DNA of 56,391 nt. It comes from a virus (lineage: Duplodnaviria > Caudoviricetes). Below the pieces are notes generated by a model, which did no database searches, had not been told where the DNA came from, and saw nothing but the letters and a program-made list of their open reading frames with translations. The position numbers were made by a program, and so were the translations under genes. Each line of letters starts with the position of its first letter. Position 1 is the stretch's first letter. The DNA lies in the IMG/VR virus record IMGVR_UViG_3300023274_000003, positions 1-56,391 of that record; one strand, given 5' to 3'. This document shows positions 8,759 to 17,503 of the stretch, in pieces.

Positions 8759-9393
8759 GTAAATAAATTTTCTTGTTTAATAATTGGAACATCGAATAAA
8801 GGCATGGCTATTTCTTTTTGAAACCTTGCGTTCCCATCCCTGAAGTAATCTTCATCTATTTCAAAGCCCCAGAAATCAAAGCCTTTTTTATAGGCAGCAA
8901 TACGGCTTGATTGGGAGCCTAAATGAGTGTCAAGGATTTTATCTCCAATTTTAGCATAATTTTTTATTAGCCAATCGTATAAAGCTCGAGGCTTCTGGGT
9001 TGGATGAATCTTGTTTTTTTCGTCTTGAACTGATTTTCTAAATATTTTATTCGCACCATCGAAAGATGTCCATGCAAAGTCGAACATTCCGAAACTTAGT
9101 GCTTCAGGTTGCATCTTATCCCAAATTACACAGTGCTTAGTTGGGGGAAGTGCGTAATAATTACCCCCCCAAATAATTTGATTTTTTGAAACTCTAAATA
9201 ATTCATCGAAGTAATTCATACTTATAGGCTCGTCGTCCCAGTTTTTGGCTTTTAATCCCTTATCTGTTACCAATCTTGGACTTTTTCCTATTCCTATTCC
9301 AAACTCTGGATCCACAATAGCCAAATCGAAAAACTTATCAGGGAATCTTTTCATGCCTTCGACACAATCTGAATTAAATACTTCGCTTATCAT
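8755..9393 (-). CDS. DNA N6-adenine/N4-cytosine methyltransferase (beta-type order), atypical motif IV
   Basis: DLAIVDPEFGIG, HPTQKP..LY.W, ILDTHLGS.SS, GFEID. Confidence 0.85.
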   Translation of the reverse strand: MISEVFNSDCVEGMKRFPDKFFDLAIVDPEFGIGIGKSPRLVTDKGLKAKNWDDEPISMNYFDELFRVSKNQIIWGGNYYALPPTKHCVIWDKMQPEALSFGMFDFAWTSFDGANKIFRKSVQDEKNKIHPTQKPRALYDWLIKNYAKIGDKILDTHLGSQSSRIAAYKKGFDFWGFEIDEDYFRDGNARFQKEIAMPLFDVPIIKQENLFT

Positions 9394-9426
9394 TATCTTA
9401 AAGATTTAGATGGTAAATTAAAATGG

Positions 9427-9618
9427 TTACTTAATAATAATTTCATTGCCCATAACTGGTTCAATCTGAATTGTGCATCTTTCTTGATGAAACTTATTTA
9501 TCACTATTTCACCAAACTTGTTTTCTGAAATTCTAAACTCTGAACCTAAGTCATTGTAAACTTTTAGATAGGTACATTCAACTGGTTCTTCTTGGGCTCT
9601 GTTAGTTTTGATTGTCAT
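9427..9618 (-). CDS. Hypothetical protein
   Basis: ORF in gene string. Confidence 0.5.
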   Translation of the reverse strand: MTIKTNRAQEEPVECTYLKVYNDLGSEFRISENKFGEIVINKFHQERCTIQIEPVMGNEIIIK

Positions 9619-9809
9619 TGTCTTAGTGATTTTGCATTTGATGGTAAAGTAATTACTTGCGCTTTTTGATTAACTTATAATACTCTTTGTCAATGTCTTG
9701 ACGAGATGTATTATCCATTATTACGTTCCAACCTTCTTTTAAAGGTTCTGAAATATGAGCCACATGGTAGGCTCTTTGTTTTGAGTTGTATTCTAATCTA
9801 AACATAGTT

Positions 9810-11264
9810 TTAAAAGTCAAATTCTACCGGTGCGACATTTGGAAAAGGATTCGATATAGGATGATGATAATTAATTACTTCATTAGGTTTATTTGCATAA
9901 AAGTTATTAGTGGGTAAATCGTGATACCATACAACCACATCTTTTTTGCCGTTTCGGTTCTTGGCAAAATCCCCTACCATGAGTTTCTTAGTTGATAATG
10001 TTTGAGGTTCGCCTTCTAGGTTTAAGTCTACGTATTCTAAGTCGTTATCCTCCGGCCTCCAAAGCATTAGCACTACGTCAGCATCGCTTTCTATATCTCC
10101 CGATCCTCTGAAATCTGCAATAGAGGGACGGCCGTTTCTTTTTTCTGCTTCACGGTTCAAAGAGGAAATAACTACAATAGGCATATTTAAAGATTTAGTT
10201 AATTTCTGTAACTTATCAGAACAATAAGTAACTGCCCGCATCACCTCTTTATATTCGGTGGGTATTTTTTGAATAAAGTCTATAAATATAACTTCCACCC
10301 CATACTTAGAAACCCATAATTGAGAAGTAGAAGAAATTTCTTCCATTGATTTCGGATTATCGTTATAATAAATAGGCAAGTCTTTCACTTTGGCGATAGC
10401 ATTCTGAACCTGGACTAGATTTTTCATATCTATTTCTTCCGGCACGAAAGAGTCGTTTGTGTAAAGACCTTCTAATTCACTTACCACCATTCTATTCGTA
10501 ATATCTTCGGCTGACATTTCTAAACTAAAACAACCTACGGCAATTCCTTCTTTACCCATTTCTTTCATCATAGCGGAAATCAAAGCAGATTTTCCAACAG
10601 AAGGTCTAGCACCTATGTAGACAAGTTTGTTTTGACCCCTCCTTAGTTTTAAACGAGAATCCAGGAAAGGAAAACCACAAGACATTTGCTTTGATTCTCT
10701 GGAGTTACCTAAATCCTTAATCGTCTGATTTAAGATTGAAAGATTCGTTTTTTGTCTGCCTCTAAAGATTGACTGACTAATTTTACTCACTCCTTCTATC
10801 TCATTAGAAAGTACTTCAAAAACGTCTGAAGTGTCATCAAATGCACTTTTAATAGTATCCTCTGCATTTTCAATCAAAGCACGTTTAACGGCTGTTTGCT
10901 GAACGATACGAGCATTATATTCATAGCTTGAATAAGAAACTTCACTTTCTTTTACTAATCTGAAAAGATACTGTACCCCTCCGACAAATTCAAGTTCTCC
11001 GTTTTGTCTTAAATCGTTCATTACACTAAGAGTGTCTACAGGCTCAAACTTAGATTTTAACCTTACGATTGCATTAAAAATCCTTTGGTTACAGTCTTTA
11101 TAAAACGCCTCTGCCTGTAAGATATTAAAAACAGATTCTATGATCTGAGGTGATGAAATCATTGCACCTATCACCGCTTCTTCTAGTTCTATGGCTTGCG
11201 GTGGTAATTTGCCGGAACTTAGAATTGATTGTTTTTCTAAAGGTTTTTTTGTTCTCTTATCCAT
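9810..11264 (-). CDS. dnaB: Replicative DnaB-family helicase
   Basis: PPQAIELEEAVIG N-domain; GARPSVGKS Walker A; FSLEMS; RGSGDIESDAD; AKNRNG. Confidence 0.95.
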   Translation of the reverse strand: MDKRTKKPLEKQSILSSGKLPPQAIELEEAVIGAMISSPQIIESVFNILQAEAFYKDCNQRIFNAIVRLKSKFEPVDTLSVMNDLRQNGELEFVGGVQYLFRLVKESEVSYSSYEYNARIVQQTAVKRALIENAEDTIKSAFDDTSDVFEVLSNEIEGVSKISQSIFRGRQKTNLSILNQTIKDLGNSRESKQMSCGFPFLDSRLKLRRGQNKLVYIGARPSVGKSALISAMMKEMGKEGIAVGCFSLEMSAEDITNRMVVSELEGLYTNDSFVPEEIDMKNLVQVQNAIAKVKDLPIYYNDNPKSMEEISSTSQLWVSKYGVEVIFIDFIQKIPTEYKEVMRAVTYCSDKLQKLTKSLNMPIVVISSLNREAEKRNGRPSIADFRGSGDIESDADVVLMLWRPEDNDLEYVDLNLEGEPQTLSTKKLMVGDFAKNRNGKKDVVVWYHDLPTNNFYANKPNEVINYHHPISNPFPNVAPVEFDF

Positions 11265-12096
11265 AGTTTTTAATTGAGGTTGATTTTGTCTTTACTTTTA
11301 GTTCTTTAGCGGCCCTTTTCTTGAAAGAGTTAAACACGTGCTGAATCTCATTAAATCCTTTGAACTTGTATTCGTTAAGTAATCCGTTCATGACATGGAA
11401 TAAGTCAGTTTTTAAGGCATTTTCGGAATTGTCACTTGATGAATAATCTTTTATAATTTTTAATTCTTGATAAAGTAGATTGAAACTACCCTCTATTTTC
11501 GATTTTAAAGTACCTAGAAACTGATTAGTATCATAAGGATATAGTTCGTATTCTACCCTTATTAAATCGCTTCTTACAGTGGCTATATTGTTAGCTAAGG
11601 TTACTATGTATTCTTCTGCATTTATTCTAGTAGGCATTCTTTCGTAATAGTATTCCTTATGAGTAAGAAAGAGACTTACGGATTCTTTATAATCTAAATC
11701 CTTATAAGAAGAAAGTTTTGGCGATGACGACGAATCACTATCATTGTCATTATCACTATCTTTTTCATTCTTACTTTCACTATCATTATCGGCTTTCTGT
11801 GGGTTTTGTTGGGTTCGAGAAAAACCGACTGGGTTATTTGGGTTTTGTTGGGTTATTGGTCTGCCTCCTTTTTCTCCATTCTTTTTATTTCTTTCTACTA
11901 CTGCATCGTACTTTTGATTGTCTCTATCAAATTGATTTTTGAAAGAAGTAAATATAATGTCTGTAAATTGGTCTAGGTTCAATTCTTTTCCTCTATTATA
12001 GTCAATGATAGCCTGAAACAAATTAGCCTTCATTTCAACCGTCAATTTGTCTACAATATCCAAGCTATCTAAATGCAGTATAAAGGATTTCTTCAT
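11257..12096 (-). CDS. Phage replication initiator (DUF6291-like N-terminus)
   Basis: KSFILHLD..L....LFQAIIDY...NGEKGGRP then low-complexity linker; directly upstream of DnaB. Confidence 0.75.
   Translation of the reverse strand: MKKSFILHLDSLDIVDKLTVEMKANLFQAIIDYNRGKELNLDQFTDIIFTSFKNQFDRDNQKYDAVVERNKKNGEKGGRPITQQNPNNPVGFSRTQQNPQKADNDSESKNEKDSDNDNDSDSSSSPKLSSYKDLDYKESVSLFLTHKEYYYERMPTRINAEEYIVTLANNIATVRSDLIRVEYELYPYDTNQFLGTLKSKIEGSFNLLYQELKIIKDYSSSDNSENALKTDLFHVMNGLLNEYKFKGFNEIQHVFNSFKKRAAKELKVKTKSTSIKNYG
11730..11860. repeat. Iteron-like repeats inside initiator gene (candidate origin)
   Basis: TGGGTTTTGTTGGGTT at 11800 and 11839; five TGGGTT at ~10-bp phase; TCACTATC x3. Confidence 0.55.
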
Positions 12097-12152
12097 TGTT
12101 TAATTAATCAAAAGTCAAAATCAATGTTTTTATAGTTGTGTGGATAAGTAGA

Positions 12153-12956
12153 CTAAATAGCTTTAGGAAATTCTTCTTTTTTTGAATCGAAAACCAATAA
12201 TTTTACCTCCCGATTAGACCTGAAATTATTCCATGTTTTAAGAATGAGCGCAGTTATAATTTGCTTTGGCAACTTAGAGACAGCCATTTTATCGTTAATG
12301 AGTTTATTTCTAAGTAAGACAATCGATTTGTTTTCTATGTCCATTCCGGTACAAAGTTGGTTCATAAATCTCTCGCAGTAATCTTGATTTATATCATTTA
12401 AGAACAAATACAGTCCACCGATTACGCTACCAACAAGGATATTGCTGAATTGATTTGACAAATTACACGCAACGCTAGATATGTGGTCGTAATATGTTGG
12501 ATTTTTATTATATTCAGCCAGCAAAACAGAGTTCGTTAATTTAGTATTATTCTTGCTTCTGTAATAAGCTAACCCGAGACGCAATGTTAAATAAAAATTA
12601 ATTATGGAAGCGGTTCTACTTGCGCTCTTTACATTTCCAATAGAAAAGGTATCTGAAGCGGTTCTCTTTACGCCTGTGTCCAAAACATCAAAAATATCTT
12701 TGGATAACCCGTAGGCAAAACTAAAAGCAATTGGCTTGTTTGCTTTAATGACTGCCATCATTCTGTGTTGACCATCAAGTAAAACGCCATCAGAAGACAC
12801 CTTTATAAACTCTCCGGTGTTTTCTTTCCACCTGCCGGAAATCATATCTTCAGCATACCTAAGTACGACAGATTCCTTTATCTGCCTGTTAATTGTGTTA
12901 TTCCCTAAAAAGTCCTTTGCTAATTCAGGGGTTACTAAGACTTGTTTAATTTCCAT
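12153..12956 (-). CDS. ParB/Srx-like (DGQHR) domain protein
   Basis: VTPELA...N..NR......V.RYA.DM..G.W...G.LLDGQHR. Confidence 0.75.
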   Translation of the reverse strand: MEIKQVLVTPELAKDFLGNNTINRQIKESVVLRYAEDMISGRWKENTGEFIKVSSDGVLLDGQHRMMAVIKANKPIAFSFAYGLSKDIFDVLDTGVKRTASDTFSIGNVKSASRTASIINFYLTLRLGLAYYRSKNNTKLTNSVLLAEYNKNPTYYDHISSVACNLSNQFSNILVGSVIGGLYLFLNDINQDYCERFMNQLCTGMDIENKSIVLLRNKLINDKMAVSKLPKQIITALILKTWNNFRSNREVKLLVFDSKKEEFPKAI

Positions 12957-13014
12957 CTTTATATTTTTTTAATTAAAATTATGAACACGTTGTAAACTAA
13001 ACGGGCAAAAAAAA

Positions 13015-13170
13015 TTACTTAACGGTTAGAATGATAAATGTTATCCCGTCAATAGTTAATGTATTAAGCTCTTTTTGCTTAATTCTCTTGTAAATTGTCG
13101 TTCTGCTGAGTTCGTAAATTTTAGCATAGTTACTAATTGTCAGCATTTTTGGCAACTGTAATTTTTCCAT
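13015..13170 (-). CDS. Small HTH DNA-binding protein (excisionase/MerR-like)
   Basis: LTISNYAK...LSRTTIYKRIK...L....IDG; near-leaderless start after TATATTTG (13174-13181). Confidence 0.65.
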   Translation of the reverse strand: MEKLQLPKMLTISNYAKIYELSRTTIYKRIKQKELNTLTIDGITFIILTVK

Positions 13171-13262
13171 GTACAAATATAGGTAAATGAACAATATGTT
13201 CAAACTATTTTCTTATTTTTATTTTATCCACAAGTTATCAACAATTACTTATTAATAATCAA

Positions 13263-13685
13263 TTATTCTATAATCAAGTTGAAGTCTACCGTCAAAAAAT
13301 AATCTATGGTATTTGTAAACCCTAACTCTTTGTGAAGGATGGCGTGAGCTTTTTTAGGATAATAGTCATTATACTTTACCAGTTTTTTAATAATTTCTAT
13401 TTCTTCTTTCTGTTTTTGGGCGGGGTCTTTTTTGTAGAAATGCAAATAAATGTCACAAGAGGTTTTTTCATTTATATCTGTAAAGGTAATATACCCTATT
13501 CTTATAACAATCTTATCTAATTCCCATACTTTCCCGTCAATTCTATATGTTTTTCCATAGTCGTGCTTTTGTCTGACTTTTTCTTTTATTATTCTTTCAA
13601 TATTTTCTTTTAGGGTCGTTGCTACGGATTCGGCATTTTGCACATTTAAATATGCGTCTCTGAGTTTTTCTATATACCAATTCAT
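13263..13685 (-). CDS. Hypothetical protein
   Basis: 140-aa ORF. Confidence 0.65.
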   Translation of the reverse strand: MNWYIEKLRDAYLNVQNAESVATTLKENIERIIKEKVRQKHDYGKTYRIDGKVWELDKIVIRIGYITFTDINEKTSCDIYLHFYKKDPAQKQKEEIEIIKKLVKYNDYYPKKAHAILHKELGFTNTIDYFLTVDFNLIIE

Positions 13686-13721
13686 ACTTTTAATACTGTT
13701 TATAAGTAAATACCTAATTGA

Positions 13722-14135
13722 TTAAATTATTATAAATTCATCTCTTGGTAGAAATATTGCTTTTGCTTTGCCTTTTGCGACCTGTATTTTTATTCTATAT
13801 TTAAAACCATTATAGCCACCAGCTTCACAGCATTGTAGCACCTTGTATGGGGTATTTAATTCAATTGTCGTGGTTTTCCCTCCAAGTTTGGTTACAGCTA
13901 TAATACTTCCCCTAACTGGAAGCCAGCCAACACGTTTCTTTTTAATGGGCTCTTTTTTTAGTGTCTCTAAGTATAAATCAAAAAGCTCTTCTACTGTTTT
14001 TAAATTATCATCAAAACAATCGCTTGGGCTAAATCCTATTGATTGGGTTAATTCTCCTGTGTAATAGTGGAAATGAGTATCTCCATTGTCTAAATTTTTA
14101 AGCCATTTGGCAAATCCTATTGCAAGTTCTTTCAT
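13722..14135 (-). CDS. Hypothetical protein
   Basis: 137-aa ORF. Confidence 0.65.
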   Translation of the reverse strand: MKELAIGFAKWLKNLDNGDTHFHYYTGELTQSIGFSPSDCFDDNLKTVEELFDLYLETLKKEPIKKKRVGWLPVRGSIIAVTKLGGKTTTIELNTPYKVLQCCEAGGYNGFKYRIKIQVAKGKAKAIFLPRDEFIII

Positions 14136-14296
14136 ATCTTTATCTGTTTAATTTTTCCACATTTCTTACAAATCAAAGTGTGTTTACATTCGTAAGGCAA
14201 TCCATCATCTACGTCAAACTTTCTACTTGTGTGATATGTGAGCCAGTCGTGACTACACCCTAATTTCCCTAATACTTTCTTTATTAAATCTTTCAT
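14132..14296 (-). CDS. 54-aa Cys/His (putative Zn-binding) protein, not in ORF track
   Basis: GCSHDW...CKKCGK; ATGA overlap with next gene. Confidence 0.65.
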   Translation of the reverse strand: MKDLIKKVLGKLGCSHDWLTYHTSRKFDVDDGLPYECKHTLICKKCGKIKQIKI

Positions 14297-14319
14297 AAGT
14301 ATATCTCTATATGATTATA

Positions 14320-14856
14320 TTATAACTTGTCTTTTATTTTGCCTAAAATATTTATTCTATCTTGTGAAACTTCTTTAAGACCTTGTCTTGTCTCAAATAT
14401 TACAATCATTGAATCGTGCATTCCTGAGTTCTTAACGCTTTCCATGCCTTCAGGCACTTTCCATCCGTTTTGATTATAATTAACCGCTTGTCCTTTGGTA
14501 TTTATCCCTACAAATGGAATACGACCCTCAACGAACCTGATTAATTTTGCATTTATCTGAATATGCTGTTGAAATATATTTGTGCTAGTCGATACTGGTA
14601 AAAGCATAACACAAAGTTTGCCTTTTTTGCTTTCTTCAATAGCCTTCATAATAAACGCTTCTTTTAGCTTTCGAGAGTAAGGCGGATTAATAAAGTTTCT
14701 TTCTTTCCATTCAATTTTCAAGCCGTCTTGGTGTGTCTCTGGATTGTATTCATAAGGGCATGGGTCGAAATTAAAGTCAAACTCCTTGTTTAATTCGTAA
14801 TAGAATCTTGCTGGAGTAGCCCAGTTGTCACTATGTGGTAAGTTTCTGTCTTTCAT
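14320..14856 (-). CDS. Phage N6-adenine DNA methyltransferase (phage Dam family)
   Basis: NWATP...EFDFNFDPC...FINPPYS...VMLLPVSTST...IRF..GRIPF. Confidence 0.9.
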   Translation of the reverse strand: MKDRNLPHSDNWATPARFYYELNKEFDFNFDPCPYEYNPETHQDGLKIEWKERNFINPPYSRKLKEAFIMKAIEESKKGKLCVMLLPVSTSTNIFQQHIQINAKLIRFVEGRIPFVGINTKGQAVNYNQNGWKVPEGMESVKNSGMHDSMIVIFETRQGLKEVSQDRINILGKIKDKL

Positions 14857-14891
14857 AAGTATATCCCAATTTGATTATTATACATTTCTAA

Positions 14892-15206
14892 TTAAAAACT
14901 TGCACCCTTTTGTTTTAAATATCTAAACATATCAATCAAACCATACGCTAAAACTTTTTCCGAGTTAGAATAAATTTGGTCAAATCCTTGTTGTTCCATG
15001 AATTTAGAAAATTCCTCTTGCTCAGAACTAGATAGGCAGTCTTTAGTAGCCTGATTAAGTCTATTTTCGTCCACCACGATAGGATAAATTTCTTTTAGGG
15101 TTGCAGCCATGTATCCATTTATAGTTTTTGATATATTTTTATTGGACACTTTGAAGGACTCTAATGCATCCTTATCAACTGATAATGTAATTTTTACTTT
15201 TGACAT
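14892..15206 (-). CDS. Protein with ribbon-helix-helix-like N-terminus
   Basis: MSKVKITLSVDKDALESFK...NISKTINGYM; likely start at 15206. Confidence 0.55.
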   Translation of the reverse strand: MSKVKITLSVDKDALESFKVSNKNISKTINGYMAATLKEIYPIVVDENRLNQATKDCLSSSEQEEFSKFMEQQGFDQIYSNSEKVLAYGLIDMFRYLKQKGASF

Positions 15207-16412
15207 ATTGGTATATATTTTAAAATTATATGCAATAATATAAATAAAGTATTTAACAAACAAATTATTTTATGTATATTTGTGTAATGAAAGTTTTTAA
15301 AACATATAAGTACAAGCTAGGTCTTTCCAAAGTACAATCTAATCAGGTTGATAAGTGGATTGGTGCATGTAGGTATGTTTATAATTTGGCTTTAGAATGC
15401 AAAATTGAAGCATGGAAGAAAAGGGTTTCGGTGTCTAAATTTGACTTAATAAATCAATTGCCATCGTTAAAAGATGTGGACTGGATAAAATCCGTTCCAT
15501 CACAAAGCCTTCAAGATGTAGTTGAGCGTTTAGATAAAGCCTATCAAAGCTTTTTCAAGGGTGGAGGATTCCCTAAATGGGCAAAAAGGGGAGAGTATAG
15601 TTCAATATTATTTAAGACTGTCTATGTGAAAGATAGTGAATTTGTCCTTCCAAAACTCGGGAAGGTCAAGGTCTATAAAGATAGAATGCCCAAAGGCAAG
15701 TTAAGTGTGGCAAAGATAACAAAAGAAGCTAACGGCTATTTTTTATCAGTAACTTTCGAGTCTGAATCAGAAAACCTCTATCCTACCGACGAGAACCAAG
15801 TAGTAGGCTTAGATATGGGTATAACATATTTTTTGACTGATTCAAATGGTGTTTTTGTTGACAATCCACGTCATACAAAAAAGTATGAAAGGAAGTTAAG
15901 AGTAAAAAACAGGGCATTAGCACGGAAGAAAAAGGGTAGCAATGGTTTTAAGGAAGCTAAGAAACAAGTTGCTAAACTTCATTCTAAAATTGCCAATGTT
16001 CGCAAAGATTTTCTACATAAACTTAGTTTCCAATATGTCAAAGAAAATTCATTAATCGTGTCTGAGGATTTGAAAGTTAAGAGCATGATTAAGTTTGGTA
16101 ATCTTTCAAAGCACATTTCGGACACAGGTTGGTCAATGTTTTTTGATATGCTAGCATACAAAAGCAAGTTTTACGAAAAGACCTATGTAAGAATTGACCC
16201 TAAATTTACCTCTCAAAAGTGTAATTCATGCGGTCATACCTGCAAAGAAAACCGGATAACTCAATCAAAGTTTCTTTGTGTAAAATGTGGGCATAATGAA
16301 AATGCAGACTTTAACGCTGCTCAAAATATTTTAGGCAAGGGCATTGTCTTAGTTCGTCAACGTGAAACATTAGTTTGTGCGTAGAACTTAGAATTACAAT
16401 TGTAATATGTCA
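15201..16412 (+). mobile_element. Solo-TnpB element (IS200/IS605 family, IS1341-like, no TnpA)
   Basis: tnpB in opposite orientation to neighbours; 3' end palindrome ATTACAATTGTAAT then ...TGTCA; left boundary is inferred. Confidence 0.6.
15287..16384 (+). CDS. tnpB: RNA-guided endonuclease TnpB
   Basis: N-terminal HTH (GACRYVYNLAL), RuvC D (GLDMG), E (SEDL), D (NADFNAA), TSQKC..C...C..C Zn ribbon; near-leaderless start after TATATTTG 15275-15282. Confidence 0.95.
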   Translation: MKVFKTYKYKLGLSKVQSNQVDKWIGACRYVYNLALECKIEAWKKRVSVSKFDLINQLPSLKDVDWIKSVPSQSLQDVVERLDKAYQSFFKGGGFPKWAKRGEYSSILFKTVYVKDSEFVLPKLGKVKVYKDRMPKGKLSVAKITKEANGYFLSVTFESESENLYPTDENQVVGLDMGITYFLTDSNGVFVDNPRHTKKYERKLRVKNRALARKKKGSNGFKEAKKQVAKLHSKIANVRKDFLHKLSFQYVKENSLIVSEDLKVKSMIKFGNLSKHISDTGWSMFFDMLAYKSKFYEKTYVRIDPKFTSQKCNSCGHTCKENRITQSKFLCVKCGHNENADFNAAQNILGKGIVLVRQRETLVCA

Positions 16413-16432
16413 GACATTTCTCTTAGCTCTTT
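16330..16432 (+). ncRNA. Putative omega-RNA 3' scaffold plus guide
   Basis: Position overlapping tnpB 3' end is standard for TnpB; hairpins present; guide predicted to begin at 16413; 5' boundary unknown. Confidence 0.5.
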
Positions 16433-16513
16433 CAAAGATATATGCCAATTTGATTGTTGTAATGTTCTCTTAACTCTAATCTTTCTAAGGTAGAGTATTC
16501 TAAATTCTGTCTT

Positions 16514-17083
16514 TTAAGTTCTTTTACTATTTTTTCTTTCCCTATATGTTAGATTGTTACATTTTCTAGTTTTCAGTCTATACTCCTCTCTTATTAATAT
16601 CAATTCTTCTTTTGTTCTTCTAGTCGCTTCGAATCTTTCACAAACCTCGTCCCTTATCTTTATAGCCTCTTCAAGTGTATCATATTTTCCAAAGTACGTT
16701 TTTATACCCATTATTCGGATTCTCACTTGAAACCTATTGTTTATATTGCTTATACCAGGAGTTAAATAGCCTTTAAATATCTTTTCGTGATTAGCGTTTT
16801 CTCTGCTTGTTACAAACTCTAAATTAGATAAATAGTTGTTTGTTTTATTCAGGTCTTTATGATTAACATATGTTTTAGTCTTTTCTAAAAAAGCATTTGC
16901 CACGAGAACATGAATCCTAAATGATTTGCATCTAAGATTTACTGATAAATATCCGGTATGTTTACATAAAAAAGGTTTTAATATCAAGTTTCTTTTTATA
17001 GACTTTACGCTGCCTAATGAACTAACCAAATAAAACCCTTCGTATCCATTTACACTTTTCCAAATTTCTTCTTGATTTTTCAT
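16514..17083 (-). CDS. NUMOD4-HNH homing endonuclease with AP2-like C-domain
   Basis: EIWKSVNGYEGFYLVSSLGSVKS; IHVLVANAF...VNHKDLNKTNN...NLEFVT..EN; YFGKYDTLEEA...RD. Confidence 0.9.
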   Translation of the reverse strand: MKNQEEIWKSVNGYEGFYLVSSLGSVKSIKRNLILKPFLCKHTGYLSVNLRCKSFRIHVLVANAFLEKTKTYVNHKDLNKTNNYLSNLEFVTSRENANHEKIFKGYLTPGISNINNRFQVRIRIMGIKTYFGKYDTLEEAIKIRDEVCERFEATRRTKEELILIREEYRLKTRKCNNLTYRERKNSKRT

Positions 17084-17087
17084 AAAT

Positions 17088-17188
17088 AAAAAAAAGATTT
17101 GGCTTTCGAGGTCGTGGTCTCTACTTGCCAAATCTTTAAGATTAATATCTTTTTACTTGCAATCCACGACAATTGCGATACTAAATTA
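17088..17188 (-). ncRNA. Kissing-loop two-hairpin RNA/leader, copy 3
   Basis: Loops containing GUCGUGG (17164-17170) and CCACGAC (17111-17117); long U-tract; TAATTTAG promoter-like box upstream. Confidence 0.65.
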
Positions 17189-17206
17189 AGAGAATAATTG
17201 ATAAAA

Positions 17207-17503
17207 TCAAAGTAATTGTTTAATTAATTCTAGGGTTTTTACAGAATGAAGCGTACTAGGTGTAACCCTTAAAAGCCTCCATCCCAATACTACCGCTTGA
17301 TTGTACTTTTCCATATCTCCCATAAATCCTTTTCCCCTAGTATGCCTGCCTTGTGTAAATACTCCGCCCTCTACCTCAATAGCTATCTTTTGCGAAATTA
17401 TCGCATAATCAAAACGCCATTTTCTTTTAGGGTGAAACGGATGTTCTTTAGTTACTTCAATACCATATAAAGACTTTATGAGCATTGTAAACTGGTCGTT
17501 CAT
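17207..17503 (-). CDS. PD-(D/E)XK / Vsr-like phage endonuclease
   Basis: EHPFHPKRKWRFDYA...IAIEVEGG...GRH......D.EKYN.A...GW..LR. Confidence 0.85.
   Translation of the reverse strand: MNDQFTMLIKSLYGIEVTKEHPFHPKRKWRFDYAIISQKIAIEVEGGVFTQGRHTRGKGFMGDMEKYNQAVVLGWRLLRVTPSTLHSVKTLELIKQLL

Noticed and set aside
10150-10175. DnaB motif reads SSLNR instead of SQLNR
   Set aside because: Single substitution with all other motifs intact; not enough to claim altered function
11718-11942. His/Tyr-rich plus-strand ORF
   Set aside because: Antisense reading of the Asp/Asn/Ser linker repeats of the initiator
16399-16513. Open frame continuing past the HNH TAA stop (possible read-through or alternative genetic code)
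   Set aside because: TAA is the normal stop throughout the genome and core genes are uninterrupted in the standard code; at most a gene remnant
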